From Clostridia bacterium (GTDB taxonomy: Bacteria > Bacillota > Clostridia > UMGS1883 > UMGS1540): a DNA stretch of 28,589 bases. Numbering within the stretch: position 1 is the stretch's first letter; the number at the start of each line of letters is the position of its first letter. Below are positions 25,608 to 28,589 of the stretch, one piece after another. The notes below the pieces were generated by a model that saw nothing but the letters and a program-made list of their open reading frames with translations, did not search any database and was not told where the DNA came from. Both the position numbers and the translations under genes were made by a program. The DNA is taken from positions 1 through 28,589 of the forward strand of contig JAZSIR010000018.1 in NCBI GenBank assembly GCA_045533905.1. Reading direction: 5' to 3'.

Positions 25608-28589
25608 TTATGCAAGCCCTGAAAAGTCCACACTGCCCGAAGGCGTAATTTTATATACATATACGCCGTTCGGTTCCATCGTCACGGAAAGTGTGCCCGT
25701 GCCTGAAACATTACCCGTGCCGCCATAGAGCGTTGTGCCCGTAAAGGCGCCGAGTGCTACCGTGCCGCCATCGCTTGTAAGCGGAACCGAAACTGTCTTT
25801 TCGCGGTTCTGGCGGTTTAAGAGGAACATATACACCTCACCATCTTTTACGAAGCCATTCCACGCGACCTCGCCATCCTGATACGTATTGAATACGGGGT
25901 GCTTCTCCTCTACGAAGAATTCCATCGATACCCCAAGCTCGGCCGCGGCAAATTCCACCAGGCCTTCCCAGAGGTCCGTCTGACGGAGGCTCTTGGTGCC
26001 ATAGGCATCATAGAAGCCGTAGTGGCCGACAGCATCGGCGCCGTTCATAAGAGACTGATACCACATATTACGGGCTTCCCGGATATTCGGGAAGTAGCCG
26101 CCGTAGTAGAACGACTGGTTCAGCGTCCATACCGAGCGGCCGTAGTTTACCGCTTCATCCGCCGCACGGGTCGAGTTACCTACGGTGGCAAGAGCGCCTG
26201 CCGACTGCGGATACGGGTCAAGCGCCAAGATATCTACATACTTACCAACCTTTTCGTAGCCGCGCGGAGAATCCTGTACCATATAAATGAGATGATCGGG
26301 GTCATTGTCACGGATCAGCTTATAGGAATCATAGAAATAGTGCCAATCATTCGCGAAGTATAGCGTCGGCTCATCCATAACCATATAGCCGAGAAGGGCC
26401 GGATGGTCTTTCAGACTATTGATAACTTCAACAGTACGTTCTGCATTGTCCGGATGGCCGGCCGGCTTCATATTGGGGTACATACGGACAAGCACCTTAA
26501 GGCCGTACTGATGTGCTACATTCAGGAAGTCACGGTCCTGCCCTACGCTCTGTACCACATTTACGCCGATTTCCGGCATATACTGGAGTTCCGTCTTACG
26601 GACATGGTACATAAAGACGGGATTTAAGGGCTCACCATCGACTACAATCGTGCCGTCCTCTTCCATCAGCGCGGGGCGCTTATATTTCATAACCGTGGTA
26701 TCCACTGTGGCAATTTCTGCGCCCGCGGCACTCGTTGCCGTTACGGAAAGCGTATATTCCGTTTTTTCCTCCATTGCGGAAACCGGGAAGGTTACGCGGA
26801 TAGTATCTTCACTTGCGGCTATACCTGTTTTTGTAAATACCGCCGGCTTTCCTTCCGCGCGGAGCGAAACCGAAAGCGTGCTCTCCAGAATGCCCGGGGC
26901 ATCTGCTTCGTTGAGCGCAATCTCAAGCGTGCCCTCGTCGGTACCGGTATAGTAGAATATGCGGTCCGTTTCGAGGAACATCGGGTAGATCGGTTCTTTT
27001 TCTATCTTATAGAAGGAGATATCGTCATAGTACGCCGTGCCGGTGCCGTAATGGCGCGGCAGGAGCAGCATATAGGAGCAGTCGGAAGGCATCCGGAAAT
27101 AGCCAACATACTGCGCCCAGCCGTTTTCATCTTTCGGGCCGATAGATGAGGTCACAACGCTGCCGCCAAGGCCGACTTTTTGGCCGTTTTCATAGCCGTA
27201 CCATTCGAGCTTGAACGAAGCGCCGCTACCGGTTTCGTTATAGATTCTCGCGCTCAGCTGATAGACAGCACCCATATCAAAATAGGAGCCATTCAGCGTC
27301 TGCGATACATACGGTGACACCTCACCGTTGGAGATGATTTTAAGAGACTTTGTGCCCGAATACGCTTTCTCTTCCGAAATCTGCGTATACTCATTCCGGC
27401 TGAAGGATACACCCTTGTAAGGGCTCCAGCCGGCGGTACCTCTTTCAAAATTACCGTTATTCACGATTTCTACGCCAAAGGACGGCATAGGCATATATTC
27501 TAATCCGCCTTCCACCTCGGGTACGCCCGAGAGGATGGGATCGTCATAGTCATATCCACCTTTGCCGATGATGGAAATCTTATCCCAGTAAATTTCGCCT
27601 TCCGTGCCGAAGTTTCGCACAAGGAGGCTTGCCGTGGTGACCGCGCTCGGCGCCGTGAAGGGAATCTCAACCTTTGTCCAGTTTGCGGTCAGTGCAACCG
27701 CCTGCATAAGGCGGCTACCGGTTACAGCGCCGTCTTTATCATAATAGTCAATCGTAAAGCCGGCACTGCCCATACCCTTTACATAGGCCGACAGGATATA
27801 TTCTTCACCGCCGATAAGCGTGTTAATCCCTTGCGTCATATGGAAGGTGCTGCCCGTGGCCACAAACTTGATTGCAGTTTTTCCGTAGGGGATGTCCCCC
27901 GTTGTAACGGCTATCACATTTTCGCCGAACGCGCCGCGGTTTAAGCTCCAGCAGTTCGGCTGGTCGGTTGCAAGGAAGGTTTCAAAGCTTCCGTTTATAA
28001 TATGCTCTTTATTATATTCGTCCTCTTCTCCCATCGACGGTTCATCCGGCAGCACCACGGGCGGCGCTTCAGGCTCGGGCCCTTCAACCTTGCCCGTGCG
28101 CTTTGCTTTCAGTATGCCGTCTGCCTTTTTGTAGGAAAAGGTTTCAAGGTCATAGAGCCCATCGGGCGGAACGGTTACGGTTTCCGTAAGCAGAATGGGC
28201 TTATCATACGTGCCACTTGCCGCGCCGGAAAGCGTCTGGTACGGTGTGCCGCTGACCATCTTAAAGCTTACAAGTTCACGGGCGCCGTAGGTCTTTTTAT
28301 AAAGTGCAATAATTCTCGTGGCCGCTTCATAAGACGCGGGCGAGGGTGTTTCTGTGAAAGTAACTGTTACATCGCCCGAAAAGCCTTCGAGTGCAGTAAT
28401 CTCTCTGCCCGCCGCATCCGTAAAGGAAACGCCTTCTTTTACTTTTGTAACGGAAACATCGTCGATGAAGTATTCTGCATCAGCGCCATCGGCAGTCTTA
28501 AGATCCGCTTTTGCAATACCTAATGTTACGCTTACCGGAACCGAATAGGCACGGAACAGATATTCTACGGTGTTCCAGTCGTTATTCGT
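25608..28589 (-). CDS. Large multidomain carbohydrate-active protein (CBM4/9-like modules plus C-terminal TIM-barrel glycoside hydrolase-like domain); 5' end outside window
   Basis: I translated the frame manually from 28259 to the window edge and found no stop (>=993 aa). Two NG.FE...W...Y.DDIS-type CBM modules, the tail of a third (YFIDDVSV), then DHPALLGYMVMDEP and LALDPYP. Confidence 0.8.
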   Translation of the reverse strand, partial: TNNDWNTVEYLFRAYSVPVSVTLGIAKADLKTADGADAEYFIDDVSVTKVKEGVSFTDAAGREITALEGFSGDVTVTFTETPSPASYEAATRIIALYKKTYGARELVSFKMVSGTPYQTLSGAASGTYDKPILLTETVTVPPDGLYDLETFSYKKADGILKAKRTGKVEGPEPEAPPVVLPDEPSMGEEDEYNKEHIINGSFETFLATDQPNCWSLNRGAFGENVIAVTTGDIPYGKTAIKFVATGSTFHMTQGINTLIGGEEYILSAYVKGMGSAGFTIDYYDKDGAVTGSRLMQAVALTANWTKVEIPFTAPSAVTTASLLVRNFGTEGEIYWDKISIIGKGGYDYDDPILSGVPEVEGGLEYMPMPSFGVEIVNNGNFERGTAGWSPYKGVSFSRNEYTQISEEKAYSGTKSLKIISNGEVSPYVSQTLNGSYFDMGAVYQLSARIYNETGSGASFKLEWYGYENGQKVGLGGSVVTSSIGPKDENGWAQYVGYFRMPSDCSYMLLLPRHYGTGTAYYDDISFYKIEKEPIYPMFLETDRIFYYTGTDEGTLEIALNEADAPGILESTLSVSLRAEGKPAVFTKTGIAASEDTIRVTFPVSAMEEKTEYTLSVTATSAAGAEIATVDTTVMKYKRPALMEEDGTIVVDGEPLNPVFMYHVRKTELQYMPEIGVNVVQSVGQDRDFLNVAHQYGLKVLVRMYPNMKPAGHPDNAERTVEVINSLKDHPALLGYMVMDEPTLYFANDWHYFYDSYKLIRDNDPDHLIYMVQDSPRGYEKVGKYVDILALDPYPQSAGALATVGNSTRAADEAVNYGRSVWTLNQSFYYGGYFPNIREARNMWYQSLMNGADAVGHYGFYDAYGTKSLRQTDLWEGLVEFAAAELGVSMEFFVEEKHPVFNTYQDGEVAWNGFVKDGEVYMFLLNRQNREKTVSVPLTSDGGTVALGAFTGTTLYGGTGNVSGTGTLSVTMEPNGVYVYKITPSGSVDFSGLA

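Noticed and set aside
28257-28259. ATG 28259 as the start of the large CAZyme
   Set aside because: The frame stays open to the window end and no RBS or signal peptide is present there, so the true start is outside the window.

Overview
Chromosomal window from a spore-forming Clostridia-type Firmicute (sigmaA-type promoters, AGGAGG RBSs, cotJABC). It opens with the left end of an IS3-family element missed by the ORF track. Housekeeping and accessory genes follow: ymdB-like and PHP phosphoesterases, a secreted Gly-rich protein, a CDF transporter, guaB, an amidohydrolase, a split chromate-transporter pair, tatD, metG, an SGNH hydrolase and cotJABC. The last ~11 kb are carbohydrate-active genes (GH28-like, SGNH, EamA/DMT, GH20, GH99/WbsX-like, GH63/MGH1-like, and a large multi-CBM enzyme running off the window). 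The most notable element is an AT-richer 3.85 kb cassette (AraC regulator, a compact glycyl radical enzyme with a CGGGCTE loop, and its radical-SAM activase) bracketed by two near-identical 36 bp palindromes. It looks like a horizontally acquired module encoding glycyl-radical chemistry I cannot assign. Also noted: a MITE-like structured spacer after guaB, a truncated paralog of the GH28-like gene, and a ~100 aa module shared by two unrelated large proteins. No CRISPR array, rRNA or tRNA was seen. All family calls come from motif recognition by eye; no searches were run.
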